From NCBI GenBank assembly GCA_040954595.2, contig CM082597.2:8328343-8392342 (forward strand): a stretch of DNA of 64,000 nucleotides. The letters run 5' to 3'. The notes beneath the pieces are model-generated. The model saw only the letters and a program-made list of their open reading frames with translations. It was not told the origin of the DNA and ran no database searches. Position 1 is the first letter of the stretch. Each line of letters opens with the position of its first letter. Positions 35,901 through 50,168 of this stretch are shown one piece after another. A program made the position numbers and the translations under genes. This DNA is from Balanoglossus misakiensis (lineage: Eukaryota; Animalia; Hemichordata).

Positions 35901-38900
35901 CTGACCAGTAACCTTAAATTGTTTGAGGTATGTACGAGGTCAGATCTACATAGTCGACATCCAACACATTCTCAAAAAAGTGAAGTCTGCTCCAAGGGTT
36001 TGCATCAAGCAATCAGTTGCACCTTTTGTTTAATACACAGAAATGACTGAACTGTGAAGAATTTGACCAATCAGAAATCTTGTTAGATCTGTGCTGCTGC
36101 ATTCTGTGTTCTTACCTGACAAGTACAGCTCTGGCATGGATCATTCCTCTTAAACCACGTCTGTCCAAATGGATAGATGATTCCGGAAGCATCTACACAT
36201 CCCGGATGTTGGTTGCATGTCGGGCAGAATTGACCGGGCAGGAATGTCTGAAACTCGATTGCACAGGGAAGTTTTGGATACAGTACAGATTCACATCCTA
36301 TTTGTCCATCCTGTAATTAAACAATTGCAGATTGCTACTAATGCAATAAGGACAACATAAATAATTCTTTGTTTTGCGTCTTTCCATAAGGTACTATACT
36401 TATGCACAGTTGCACAATGATCACTTCACAGATGATGCTGAAATCATTGCAGACACATGCATGGACGGAAGGACAGAAAAATTGACCTACTCTTTAAGTT
36501 CCCGCATTCCAAAGCATGAACTAACAACACAATTAAATTTTGGAAGTCAACTGCTGTGGCTGAAATACATTAATATCAGATGGAACTACAGACTGAAGTA
36601 AAAATCATAATGACTATACAACTGCCATTGAAGAATGCAATAAGGCCAACATAAATAAATTATTTGTTTTGCGTCTATTCATAAGGTACTATACTAATGC
36701 CAAGTTGCACAATGATCACTTCACAGATGATGCTGAAATCATTGTGGATGTACATGTGCATGGATGGAAGGACAGACAGACCTCTATAGGGGGAACACCA
36801 ACAAATTGTACAGTTCTGATTGGCTGGTTTAAATGTCTCACCACTTTGAAATTCATTACCATCAAAGAAACAACTTGCTGGGAATATACAATAAAAAAGA
36901 TAACATTGCAACATAATCAGCAAATGATAGACATAATGGTTAGAAATACTGTATAGTACAAAATTGAACTCCAATGTACATTGATCACATACTGTAAAAC
37001 ACTTTATTTTCGCGAGCAATAAATTTTCGCCAAAATAGTGTGAAAATAAAAAGTCGCATAATTTTTTTAAGGATAACGATGCAGTGAATGAAATAAGAGA
37101 ACGTGAAAATTAATACTCGCGAAACAGTGGCCTCTCTCGATATTGCAAAAATTTCAACTCTCGAAAATTAAGTGTTTTACAGTTGTAATGCCATGTTTGA
37201 ACACTTTATCGATGCCCGATTGTGGCTGTATGTAGCGATTCGAAAACATATACATGAACATCCATACAAACAGTACGCAGCTACCGTGGTATGTCGGACA
37301 ATGTGGACAGCATTCACCCACAATTTGTTCTGTATATTGGCATGGCAATACATGGCACTGAGTACATGTGATAACATTATTCTGAAATACAACATGACAA
37401 TTATGGAGAACAAATGAAGTCATTGTGAATAACAATGCATAATGGGATGCAGGTCTAATGTGTCTAAATAATTGATCCAGAAATCAATAAAAGACAATTT
37501 CACAGTTTTATATGTATAACTTCATGAATAATATTTTAAAGCACATTTTATTTTTCAATACGCTACATAGTAAAACCTTTATAGCTGAGATGCATTGTGG
37601 ATCCTTTGGTAACACAGCAGAAAGGCGCTCATACAAGGGTAAGACTCTTCTCCTATATAACCTTTGGTCTCAAGTCAGTTCAGATCAACTACACAATATG
37701 TGAGCATATGATATACTGTAAAACACTTTATTTTCGCGAGTTGAAATCTTTGCGATATTGAGAAAGGCCACTGTTTTCAGAGTATTAATTTTTGTGTTCT
37801 CTTATTTCATTCACTGCATCGTTATCTTCAAAAACAATTTACGCGACTTTTCACTTTCACGCCATTTTGGCTCTCGCGTTTTTCGCGAAAATTTTTTGCT
37901 CGTGAAAATAATGTGTTTTACAGTATACACAATGTGTATGAGTAACATCAATTCTCCTTACCTGACATGTACAATTAGTACACTCATCAAGAATCCATGT
38001 ATCACCAGATGAATAATTATGTAAAATCATGTGGTTGAAAATAACACCCTGTAACAAACCAATTCAAACTTTCATTATAGTCCAGTAATCTTTATGATGA
38101 CTTTGAGTATAGTCCTATTGTAAGGTTATTTTATTGTCATTGTAGAAATGACTGTATCAACTGAGCAATATGCTTCAGTATTTGTCCTCGACGCTGCGCA
38201 TCTCAGACAATACCTCCACTGCACTGTACGATGTACTCGGACATAAACCCTGGTACTTTATGAATAACCTTACATTATTTAGGACCATTTATTTCATTTG
38301 AATCAAACAGAGTCTAAACTTAGCCATACAATATTAAGCATACATGTACATAAATGCCAAATGACATCAATACCTTCTATTGGTTGACATGTTATTCCAT
38401 CTGTCCTCAACACGAAGCCATCCAGACATCGACGCATAAATGAACCTCTTGAATTAATGCATTCTTGCTCACACACCTGTAAACCTTCTATATCACATTC
38501 ATTGATGTCTGAAATACAACACAAATCAAAGTTACTTGCATGAAGCCAGAAGATACAAATTATACTTTTGAAGCAGTTTCGTTTCCCTGTTTCTTTCAAG
38601 ACTTTTGATTAAACAAGCCTTTGTAACAAGTTTTTGTAGACTATGCAGTCGTTTTAAAGGTATACAGTCACCTCCAATTTACATACGCCCATACAATCTT
38701 TTCATTCAATGGTTCAAGATAACAAAAAATACAAAATGTTGACATCATGAACATTCATAACAATCCCGTGGTCACTGTGTTTGTTGGTGCAACCTCCGCT
38801 ACTTGTACTTCATTTAAAATAACATATGACACAGTAATAGGGTGCACTATGCACACAACAGGCACAGCTGTACTGTGCAGAGAGTCTAAGATGTTTGATG

Positions 38901-41900
38901 TAAATGACACATCAGCTGGTAACCATGATTAATCGTTGATCAAAAGTTCCTCACTGATTTGCTAGAAGGACAGAAACTTTGCAAAGGACTTATCAAATCT
39001 GCTGGGAAGTTGACATCACAAGTCGCCAACAACAAAAACAAAACTTACCCTCATCACACAAATCACCCGTGTAACCAGCAAAGCATTCACATTCTCCACC
39101 ATTGCAGATACCATTTTCACATAAACACACACCTGAGAAGGACAATAAACACATAAACAAAGTAAAACAAACAACAGAATGCGATGATCATGGTGATATA
39201 CAATCCAGGTGGTGTCATTTTTTTTCTATCGATAACCAAAGGCCTTACCCCTTGAAACTGATTTTTCAAAGATCTTCATAAATGCTCGCATGTCATGCGA
39301 CCATTGTACACTGTATACGATCAGATTCCCCTACATCTAAAAATATACACTTTTTAGAGTTTTTGTATAGTTGTTCTACGTCCTTTTAGAGTTACATGTG
39401 CCAAGATAATTTGCATAAATTCTCAGGTACTTTGCATATTCTAACTCTATGAACACATTTCCTGCTACATTGACTTTCTCACTTTGCATAAAGTGTGATA
39501 TTTACATTTGGAGCAGTCATCTCCACTAAAGCCCACCTGACAGTTGCAGTATCCTTGGAAACATATTCCATCATTCTTGCAGTCTGGGATGCAAGGAATC
39601 TCTGTAAAAACAATCAAAACACATTCAAAAGATGTCTGATGAAATCATACTTTATCAGGTAATACTTAATTCTCCACATACAAATATCACAGAATCAGAA
39701 TATTTGATATTTTGATACACAATATCATTATTCTATAGCACCATTTACTGTAAAATAACCAGTTAACAAAATGCATCATGGGCAAAATGTTGACTTAACA
39801 TTGTCATTAGCATTAGAGTTTTGAACAGCGATCCATCATGTGTTTCAAGTGACATTTCAATGGTCAAAGCTTTGTTGTTGCAATATGCATACACAACTTA
39901 TGAAAGTTTTCACCTTTTTGATGACAAGACCAAAACATTCAAAGTCCCAGTTGCTCTAACTTTTTGCTATTTTTTTCACAGTATTTACAACTTGCATCAT
40001 AGGGAGTTTGTTTTGATGCCCTACCCACTGTTTCACCCAATACCTGTGTATCTGTGTCATACTGTAAAACACTTTATTTTCGCGAGTCGAAATTTTCACG
40101 ATATCGAGAGAGGCCACTGTTTCGCGAGTATTAATTTTTGTGTTTCATTTCATTCACTGCATTGTTATCTTCAAAACAATTTACGCGACTTTTTATTTTC
40201 ACGCTATTTTGGCTCTCGCGTATTTCGCGTAAATTTATTGCTCGCGAAAATAAAGTGTTTTACAGTAGTTAAAAGTATACAATGTATGCAAATTTAGCCA
40301 CAGTTACCATGGAAAGTTGAGACATGGCCAATCAGAGATTTTGCCTACACACTTTTTACCACTTAAGGGTATATTTCACACCACTTCTGTACCTTGCATT
40401 GTTGACGAATTATTGTTTTCAAACTTTATTACAACAATGTGCTCTCCGCCATGAATGTGCACCTTTAACCCTTTCACCACATGGTTTGATCCAAAGCCAC
40501 TGTTTCCTATGACAAAGATGGACCTCAATACAGGGATACAGGGGTGAGAGGGTTTAAACATCTGGCAAATATAGTCTAGTAAATATAGGGCTAGACCCAC
40601 CACAAATTGCAACAGAATTTTTTTCTTCAGAATATACTTTGGAGAGGTGTCTAGAACAACATATTAAAAATGCACCCGAATCCACATTGTGGAAATATGT
40701 CTAATTTGCATAAATTTAATATTAGAGATTTTGGGGCCAAATATCTAGAAACAAACGTTTTTTCCATGATTTTAAAGTTTAAAAACTAGTTCATGTTCAT
40801 GACAAAACATTTAGGAATACTGTCTGCCATATGTCATAGAGGTAGTTTTGAATAAAAAAAATACTAGAATTGCTTGCGTATTACCCGATATACTGCCCAA
40901 ATATGTTTTTTTAGGAATACTGTTCACCATATTGAATTTATGCAAATTATGAAAACTGCCCATGTCAAATATTATTTCAAAATGGTTCTTCATGCACATG
41001 AAATATTTTTAAACTTTAAAATCATGGGAAAATCATGCTTATTTCTTGATATTTGGCCCAAAAATTATTAAATTTATGCAAATTAGACATATTTCCACAA
41101 GGTGGATTCGGGTGCATTTTTGATATGTTGTTCTAGACACCTCTCCGAAATATATTCTGAAAAAAAAATTATGTTGCAATTTGTGGTGGGTTTGGTGCCC
41201 AAATCTTGTAGATTTACTAGACTAATAGGTGATCGTAATATTGATTTGTACTCACCACAGGACGATTTCTCCAGTCCAGCACAATCCCCTTCCTCCTGGC
41301 TTCATAGGCATAGGCAAACAATACATCACATAGACACTTTTCATGCACAGGACATGCACACATATCAGACAAACACAATTCATAGAACGGAGCTGGGTTT
41401 ACTACACCATGGGCTGGCCGAAATAATGGCCCCTGTGTAAAACCAAACAAAAATAACAACGGATCATTTACAATGAGAAACTGTTTAAAGGTATACGGTC
41501 ACCTATGGAAAGTTAGCAATAGTTACCATGGTAAATTGAGAATTAGCCAATCACACATTTTCAGTGGGTTGCACACGCGAAAAAAAAGAGCCCCACCATA
41601 TGTTCTCAAATATGCCATTTCGCGATATTGAGAGAGACCACTGTTTAGCGAGTATTAATTTTCGTGTTCTCTTATTTCATTCACTGCATTGTTATCTTCA
41701 AAAAAAAATATGCAACTTTTTATTTTCATGCTATTTTAGCTCTCGTGTATTTCGCAAAAAATTATTGCTCGCAAATATAAAGTGTTTTACAGTAGTATTA
41801 CTAATACATATACACTGTTTTTACTCTAAAACGCTCAAAGTAGAAAAATAGGCATGAGGAAAAGAGAGACAGCAAGACAGATGTTTGAAGTCTCTTAATT

Positions 41901-41996
41901 TTCCAGAATTGCCCTGTTTCCTGCAGTGACTTTCCAAGGAATTTCAGAGTTTGGATTGAAAATTGATAATACTATTACTAATGTTTCAGGAGTTAA

Positions 41997-42598
41997 AGCC
42001 TCAGTATTTCTCGTGGGGGCAACATTTTGTTTGAAACGGCATCTATAATTTCGAAAAGTAGATGATAATTGATACTGAATCGAACAGTCATCATCCCCAG
42101 CTCTGCTCATAAACTCATACAATTTACAATATAACGAGTGAAGAATGACTTTCTGTCCGGACAGAAAGTCATGTGAGTCAGGCTCCTGTTGACACACGTG
42201 ACTAGTGCGCATGCGCACTCAAATGTGAATCTATGCGGAAGAGGTTTGGTCGCCCCAAATCAAGCGACTCAGCGAAGAAATGCGCACTAATTCGGCGAAA
42301 TTTTGGGAAGATAACTTTATGGGAGAAATCAGTCGATGGAACCAGATCAAATCCGAAAATGGTCTGACCATCAAATGTCAAAGTGGCACGTTTGCTGATC
42401 GACATGTACAACATTTCCGTTGTAAACAAACCCGCGCATCATTTCAAGTGTTACGGGAAATATTTACAGCTTGCACGTAGCTACAGTTGCCCAAACCTTT
42501 CTTCTATCTTCATTATGTAGTATTCCATGATGAATGTACAGGAAAAACAGGCATTTTTCGATGATGAAAAATGGATACACACGAGAAATACTGGGGCT
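41997..42598. mobile_element. 602-bp Kolobok-like non-autonomous transposon, copy-specific insertion
   Basis: TIR agcctcagtatttctcgtg / cacgagaaatactggggct; TTAA duplicated (41993-41996, 42599-42602); the empty site has a single TTAA at 17733-17736. Confidence 0.88.
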
Positions 42599-42666
42599 TT
42601 AACACTGTACGAACCCTGATGCGTATATTGAAGACAGACTCTCACATTGTACAACCAAATGACTTA

Positions 42667-42807
<141 letters not shown>

Positions 42808-45800
42808 TCAACCCTGTCATGTTACAATGTAAAACAAGTATGTTGATATAAATCAGGTTATATGTCCATTAAAGCCCTTATAGCTGCCAAATTTCACATA
42901 TTTTTTCGACACTAAAATACTTCAAATATGTTCCCTGAGCAGAGCTGGTGTAAGAATTAACACCTCTCCGCAACCCACTGTCTATGGGGCCGAGCCTCAG
43001 CGCCTATACATAAACTTTGTGTGTGTGGACCCAAGCGACTGAAAGGATAATGCTTTGTGTGTACCATAGGCAAATAGTGTCTCAATTTTTTCCCTGTCTG
43101 AACCTGGTATATGTCAGCCCTTTGAATGTGGTGGTTACATGTTTTAAGTTGGCTAAACAATGCAGACATATCTAGGTATAAAAAGGGTTAAGTTCGACCT
43201 AAAATTTGATTGACTTACCTATTTTTTGTATTCTTAGATCTGGTTCCTGCAAGTAAGGTAATTCTACCAGGCCTCCATTGACACTTACTGTCAAATCTGG
43301 CATTAGGTTGATCACCCAATCAACTAGTCTGATCTGAATGACTTGTGTCCAGGCAACAGCAAAGGTACTCTTGCCATCATTCTGAACTATAATCTTAAAG
43401 TTATTCTGATAACAATCTTGTGATAAGACATAGGTACATGTCCCTTGGAAGGAGAAGAATTTCCCATCATATGTCCGGTAGTGAGGATCTCCAAATACAA
43501 TACACGAGGCAGATTCTGTAAAAAGACGGAATGCAGAAAGACTTAAAGGCATACGCCCATATATGGCTGAAATGTCGTATTTGAGCGTTCTATAGAACAC
43601 ATGGTGGCACTCTTTTTTACGCGTGTGCCACTCACTGAAAATCTGTGATTGGTAGCTAGTCCTCAATTTGCCATGGTAACTATTGCTGATTTTCCATAGG
43701 TGACTGTATACCTTTGAGAGTGTCTACCGAAGAATGTTGCTATGATCGCAGCATTATAACAACAGACGTCAAATGTTACCAACAATTTGTAAACAAATGA
43801 TATTCAAAGAATGCTTATTATGTACGTAACACATTCTGGACAGTTTTGAGGTCCCAGAATCACATTCAGTGTCTCTATTTGACTACTCTTTCTGATTGCT
43901 CACATTTGATTGTTTGAAGGACTTCCAAAGGCAATCTGGCTGGCGTTGTTTCACATAACAATTTCTTATATCTCTTGAATTTTGTAAACAAGTCCAAATC
44001 CTTAGACTGTTGCTCCCCTTTGAAATCTAGTTTTATCGACTTTGGTAACATTTCCTGGGTTTATGACACATTTTGATCACATTATGTCTAAATATGGTAT
44101 AGTATGCACCCAGACATAAGTGACACACGTCGGCCTCCACTATGTTTTCATGTAAACTTGGCTGTCAGTTTTTAATAACCTCATAATATATTGATAATTA
44201 GACTCACTTGGAACACATTTCTGGCAGCATTCACCATCAATATGGCCGATCTCTTCTTCCTGGAAATATAAACAACAAATGAGTTATTACCACAGTAAAT
44301 ACAAATTTTATATCCACTGAGAAGACACACAATAAAACATCTATAGCACAGTGTCTTCAAATTTTTAATACAGAGAAACCTGTCTATTAAAGACACCTTC
44401 AGGAACAGAAAGACTGTCCTTATTGCAGAGGTGTCCTTAATGACAGATTTCACTGTAATTGTATAGAAAAAATTTGAAATGGGTAAAATGTAAGTGAATG
44501 GAACATCCCTCTTCCATAATACTGAACCTTATAAACGAATGTGCCGCTATTTAGAATTAACATATAACAAATTTATCATTTCTGTTCAAAACAGTGATTG
44601 TGAATTGATCAATTTCTGATGGACACTTGAATGAAGTACATTTATTTCAGATGCTAAACAATTGAGAAAGTTGTTTGGTTTGTTTGGTTTGATTACTACA
44701 AAAGGGCTGTCTTGAAAATCCAAATAATGAGAACTAATACAAAAGGGCTTTCTTGAAAAAAAAACAAATGATGAGAATTCTTTAATATGTTTTATGGAGT
44801 TGACCAAGAAACCTCAGTTGATACCCAAAACAAAAATATTCAGAAAACAGCACAAAGTTAGAGTTACTTGTCCTTTAAAACTATTGCTCTCAGGCCCATA
44901 AAGTAAAACAAAGCAAAACTGTAGTCTGACCATACACTATTGAATTCATGACTGATAAACTTACCGCTGAGCAAGTCAAAGGTTGACAGACTTCTTGAAC
45001 GCAGCTCTCTTTACCATTGAAGCAATCACATATGTCGCACCCCACATGCCAAGTTTCACCAGACTGAAAAGTGAAAGTTCAAATTTTGCTGGAAACCCGG
45101 TATGCAGATCGTGTGTGTATAATTGGTCTGTCATAATTAACCCTAATGCTACTGGGTGTCATACCTGTTCAGAGTCTCAAGTCCCTTAAATAAAATACGT
45201 ATTTGCCATTTTATCTTCTATAATGTATTTTGACTGTCTTAACATGGCTCTCATACGTACCTAGACACACTTGGCAGTCTGAACCTCCCAGAAAATGAAC
45301 CAGATTGCACTGGTTTGTACTGTATTGGTCTGAGGGTCTTGGATAGGCCCTACTGATTAACACGCACTTGGCAGTCTAACAGGCCTGGGAGCCAGGATTC
45401 TAGGCACCTAGTTTCAACTGACTTGGCAGCGTTATTGTTAATTTACATTTCATTATACATTTGCTGTGCTACACTTATGACCATTCTCCTTACCTCTCTC
45501 GTATTTCCACTTGGTTTTTTGCAGATTACTTGCATGATAATGCGTACCAAACAAATAAAAAGAGGTGTATGCCACTTGGTGCAAAGAATGGCATAAATTG
45601 CTGGTGAGCTAACACCAATGGCACAGCTTGTCTTGCATTGTGAAGTCTCACCAGAATCCATTTTTTCAGAAAATTTATCATATATCTTAGAAATTAAATT
45701 GTTACCTGATATCTCCTGCCTTTGTACATACAATAAGATTCCACAGTACATTTTGGACAGCAACTGCCATGTGGTAAAATCAGGTTTTCTAGATCACAGT

Positions 45801-48125
45801 TGATTTGTTCACAATTGGGTCTTTCACAGGTTACCTCTCCATCCTTAACAGAAATTCAGAAAACATTGTATGACATAAAACAGGTCGACGGAGAGGATGA
45901 AATGTTTTCAATAATCTGTACAGTGAATATACAGGAAAAATAGCAACATTATTCAACAAGTTATACAAGTTATGTGAAAATGTTGCATCAAACTTTGATA
46001 GGGAAAATGTGCCATTCAAAGTGTTTGCTTGCTTGATACATTTTCAGAATTTCTTTTAAATCTTAGGTTTTCTTCAACAGACATAAGTGTTTCCATCAAC
46101 TTGATGTTTTCAAAAAGAGAAAGTATTATTTTTGAAATGTGGAATTACTATAGAACATGTTATTTTCGTGAGCAATAAATTTTTAGCGAAATACGCGAGA
46201 ACCAAAATAGCGTGAAAATAAAAAAAAAAAAAAGTGGCATAAATTTTTTTCGAAGATAATGATGCAGTGAATGAAATAAGAGAACGCGAAAATTAATACT
46301 AGCGAAACAGTGGCCTCTCTCGATATCGCGAACATTTCAACTCGCAATAATAAAGTGTTGTACAGTAGTTTGGAACACGGTTATAATAATAAACTACACG
46401 CAACAAACATTAGAGGTTCACCAGAAGACGAAGTGTTAGATCAGAAACTTACCAGACATGTGCAAAGGCTGCAAGGATCAGCCAATGGAACAAACTGTTC
46501 ACCAGTTTTGTAAATCTGATTCTCAAATCTACATTCCAAAGGACCTGTAAATGGAACATGACAACTGGTGGTATTATCTAGAGGAAGTGGAAAGTCACTG
46601 ACTGTTCTGAATACTAGTACTCTCTTAAAGGCAATAGATCGTCTCACGCGCATGTGTGTAACTTCCCAGCAAATTTTCCGTTTGATGCATTCAAATAGTG
46701 GACTGCCTTCGTGGACTGATTCTGGTTTTGTCCCTCCTTTTTACCCAAGCTGGTGTTTTCTCACGATCTCCGACATAGATTATGGTCGCCACCATCTTGT
46801 CTGTTGTTAGGACAGAGCACTGCCTTATGGGATTGACTGTTCACTAAATGTCTGTAAGCAGCGGCTACAGCTGGAACATGCGTGTGACACGAGCTAGGTT
46901 CTTTAAAGGGCAGTGATCTTATGCGCATGTGCCAAACCAGAGACTCTCGTTACATAAATTGTATACAGTCATTGCCATAAGGCAGTGTGCTGTCCTGACA
47001 ACAGACAACATGGCGGCAACCATAATCTGTGACTGATTGGGAAAAAACAGCAAATTGGATGAAAAGAAGGGACAAAACTAAAGTCTGGGTGAACATGAAA
47101 TATAGAAGGAAGCGAAGGCAGTCCACTATTTGAATGTATTGAACGCAAACTTTGCAGAACACTTGGATTGGATGTAATGTTTGTACACATTAAATACACA
47201 CATGTGCATAAGACGATCATTGGCCTTTTACAGTTGTCACTGTGAGCAATAAATTGTATCAAGGAATACATACGCTCAGTTGTATTGAAACTTTTTGTGT
47301 TGTAAAAAGTTACCACAGACACGCATTGCATGATTGAACACCGTTAGTTGATGTACATAAAAAAACTTACTTGCACAGCGTGGACAGCATTCACCTGCAT
47401 CACGTAGGATTCTATCTTCGTTACATTCTAACTCAGGACACAATTTGACATCACATGAAACATGACCATCCTGACAGAAAATACACACACAGACAATAAG
47501 ACAACAACTCATATGGTTACCATTGATCATACACTTGTTAAAATTCACACAAAAACATATCTATCAACATCAGTAAAAATTGAACAATGAATGCTGGACC
47601 GTTATTTACAATTCACCACTTTTGATTGCGATTGACACTTTTTTAAATCAAAGTACATTATTTTCTTTGCAACAGCTTTGTGGATGTCTAACTGCAGGGG
47701 GATCTAACTTCAACCCTTACGCCAACATGGTTGGTCCAAATCCATTGTTTTCTATGGTAAAGTTGGACTTCCAAAGAGGGAAATGGGGTGAAAGGTTAAA
47801 ATACATGTAAGACTTGCATCTGGGTTATTCACTTACCATACACATACATGATGTACAAGGATTGAGTTTAAATTCTGTGCCATTCTGATATACAATGCCT
47901 GTTGTATTACTCTCACAAACTCTTTCCAAAGGCTCTCCTATATAGGATAAAGAAAACATTATACGACACACATATTCACAAGTGAGCATGATTGATGTGA
48001 GGTCACATGAGTCTCAAAGCCAATCAGAGTGTACAACTTTCAGACCATTCATCTCATGGTTCATATCCAGGAAATGCAACAGCTGACATTTCCTGAGAGT
48101 GATTATGCAGATGACATATCAAAAA

Positions 48126-49076
48126 CATCAACAATATTGCAGGACTTTCAGAAATGAATTTCATTTTTATATTTCTGTCTCTTCAACAAGTGTATAAATT
48201 TTGTCAGAATTTTTTTTACACAGAGTTTAAAAAACACTGACCTGTACATGTTGGGCAACATGCAGATTTTTCTACTGTGACTCTCTCTGGAGGACAATTC
48301 AGTGTTGGTAGACACAGCAATATTCCTTCCTGTAATCACAAGTTATATGATTCAATCTGGTGTATGTGCACCATTCTGGTCGCCTTAAATAGGTTTTCAC
48401 TTTGCGCTAGGGGGTCAAATCACACTGCATTCTGGACCAAAAGTCGACAACCCACTGTAGTAAGAGATAGAAGAAATGATATTTTTACTGTATTTCATGA
48501 CTTTCTCTGGTCAAACATGTCTGTCTTTGTAGTTACCATATTAAACTTATTAAACTTTTTTCACATTTTGTTATTTTTTCTGTTACAAAGTTTTAAAATG
48601 ACCCATCAACACTTCAGCTTATGAACTCCCATTGTTTACACATGGCAAAAAACGGCCATCTTGAATTGTGTCGACTATTTGAGATTTTCACCACTCACTT
48701 AGATAGCTTAAAACCTATTTAAGGTAGGGAGAATTATCATACACTGGCATCATGTTCCCATTCAACTTCATGCGAAAGAGAGCCCTCACATCCATGCATT
48801 TTTTATGTATCATACACGGCCTGGCTGCCCAATTAAGATCACTGCCATGCATTTCTGAACTGTTTTTGTTCTTGTGGTACACACTTTGCTATCCTTAAAT
48901 AATTCTTATGAAAACACACCAGAATGAGATTTTAACCTGTTTTTTTTCAGTGCTTTGATCGTAGCACAGAGTAAAAAGCTCGCAAGAAATTCATTGTCTC
49001 TTCAAAGCTGATACAATTATTTTACATCTTTATATCCTTTTTGTTCATGATGAATTTCTGTCTATGGTTAATGGAA
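48126..49076. mobile_element. ~950-bp unclassified insertion specific to copy 3
   Basis: The paralog reads catatcaaaattgtc (~28960-28975); here caaaaa flanks both sides of extra sequence. Family not recognised. Confidence 0.55.
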
Positions 49077-50168
49077 CAAAAATTGTCATTTGTTGAATAT
49101 AAATTAGTTGTTGTTTCATTTGTAGTTTAATGCTCTGTTTCCTTGACAACACAAATTAAAGTTGTCATTATAAATATTGTATACACATTTTGGTTGTATT
49201 TGGAGAATAAGACAAGAATTCGCACATTAAGATGTCCATCTTACCGAACACTGGCATTCCAAACATTGGTCTTCATCTGGTTTAAAAATAGCACTTTCCT
49301 TATAAGTGACACCTCTGAATTCACAACCAATACATGCTTGACAATACTGGTTTGGTACTCGCACTGGGTTCTCACACGGTGCTGGACATGTGACAGCTGT
49401 ACAGGAGATGTCTTGGTCCTGTCAACACAAGAAACAAAAACGTCCAAGTTACAAACAAGAGAAGTATGTAAAGTACACTAGCTACACAAGATAGCATAAT
49501 CTTGTTAGATAACAAGATTAAAAATTATTTAGTGCAATTCCTCTCATTAAATGAGCACACATACACACACTAGATGAATGGGCGCAATGGGCAACCATTT
49601 TTAATGAACTGAAGAAGAAGAAATTGTACATTTGAGTACAAGGCTGCCCTAAGGTCACAAAGTGATTGAAGAGTAGAGAACACATGACTGGTTAATATAT
49701 ATGCCTAAATAAGGCAGTGGGAGGGTGGGTGATGATATTTTGGTCTCTTGCAAGACTAAGTAACGAATCCGTTGATGAGCGCGGCAGTACAGCCGTATCA
49801 TTTGCGCATGCGCAGTAATACAAAAACGTAAGGAGTAGGGCTGGTACTAACGAGGGCGCTGTCTATACCAAGCAGCAACTAAAACACTTTAAAATAAATT
49901 CTAAAGATGCATTAGTGCAATTCCTCTCATTAAATGAGCACACATACACACACTAGATGAATGGGCGCAATGGGCAACCATTTTTAATGAACTGAAGAAG
50001 AAGAAATTGTACATTTGAGTACAAGGCTGCCCAAACTCCCAACATCATGCATGTGTATGTGCCATCTAATATAAACAACAATAATAACAGTAACAGTGAA
50101 AAAAGAACTGTGGACAAGCTACAAACAATTACTCAATCAGGCATGTTAATCTGATAGATTAAGACCAA

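Larger units (their letters stand above)
16995..40506 (-). pseudogene. Tandem copy 2 (most complete unit) of EGF-VWC(n)-VWD-C8 kielin/chordin-like gene
   Basis: Exons: 40393-40506, EGF 39506-39601, EGF 39049-39132, cbEGF 38374-38508 (C->R). VWC exons: 37962-38048 (+4 bp frameshift), 37298-37381 (donor deleted), ~36793-36877 (donor deleted), 36116-36310 (two Cys lost), 35463-35556, 34664-34824 (acceptor AG->AC, frameshift), 33067-33168 (frameshift), 32202-32290, 31302-31478, 30493-~30520 (truncated), 30042-30127, 29132-29305, 28593-28693, 28132-28231, 21608-21699, 20099-20197, 19342-19393. VWD exons 18353-18649 and 17802-17949; C8 exon 16995-17171. No signal-peptide exon or terminal (TIL) exon was found. 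Confidence 0.82.
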
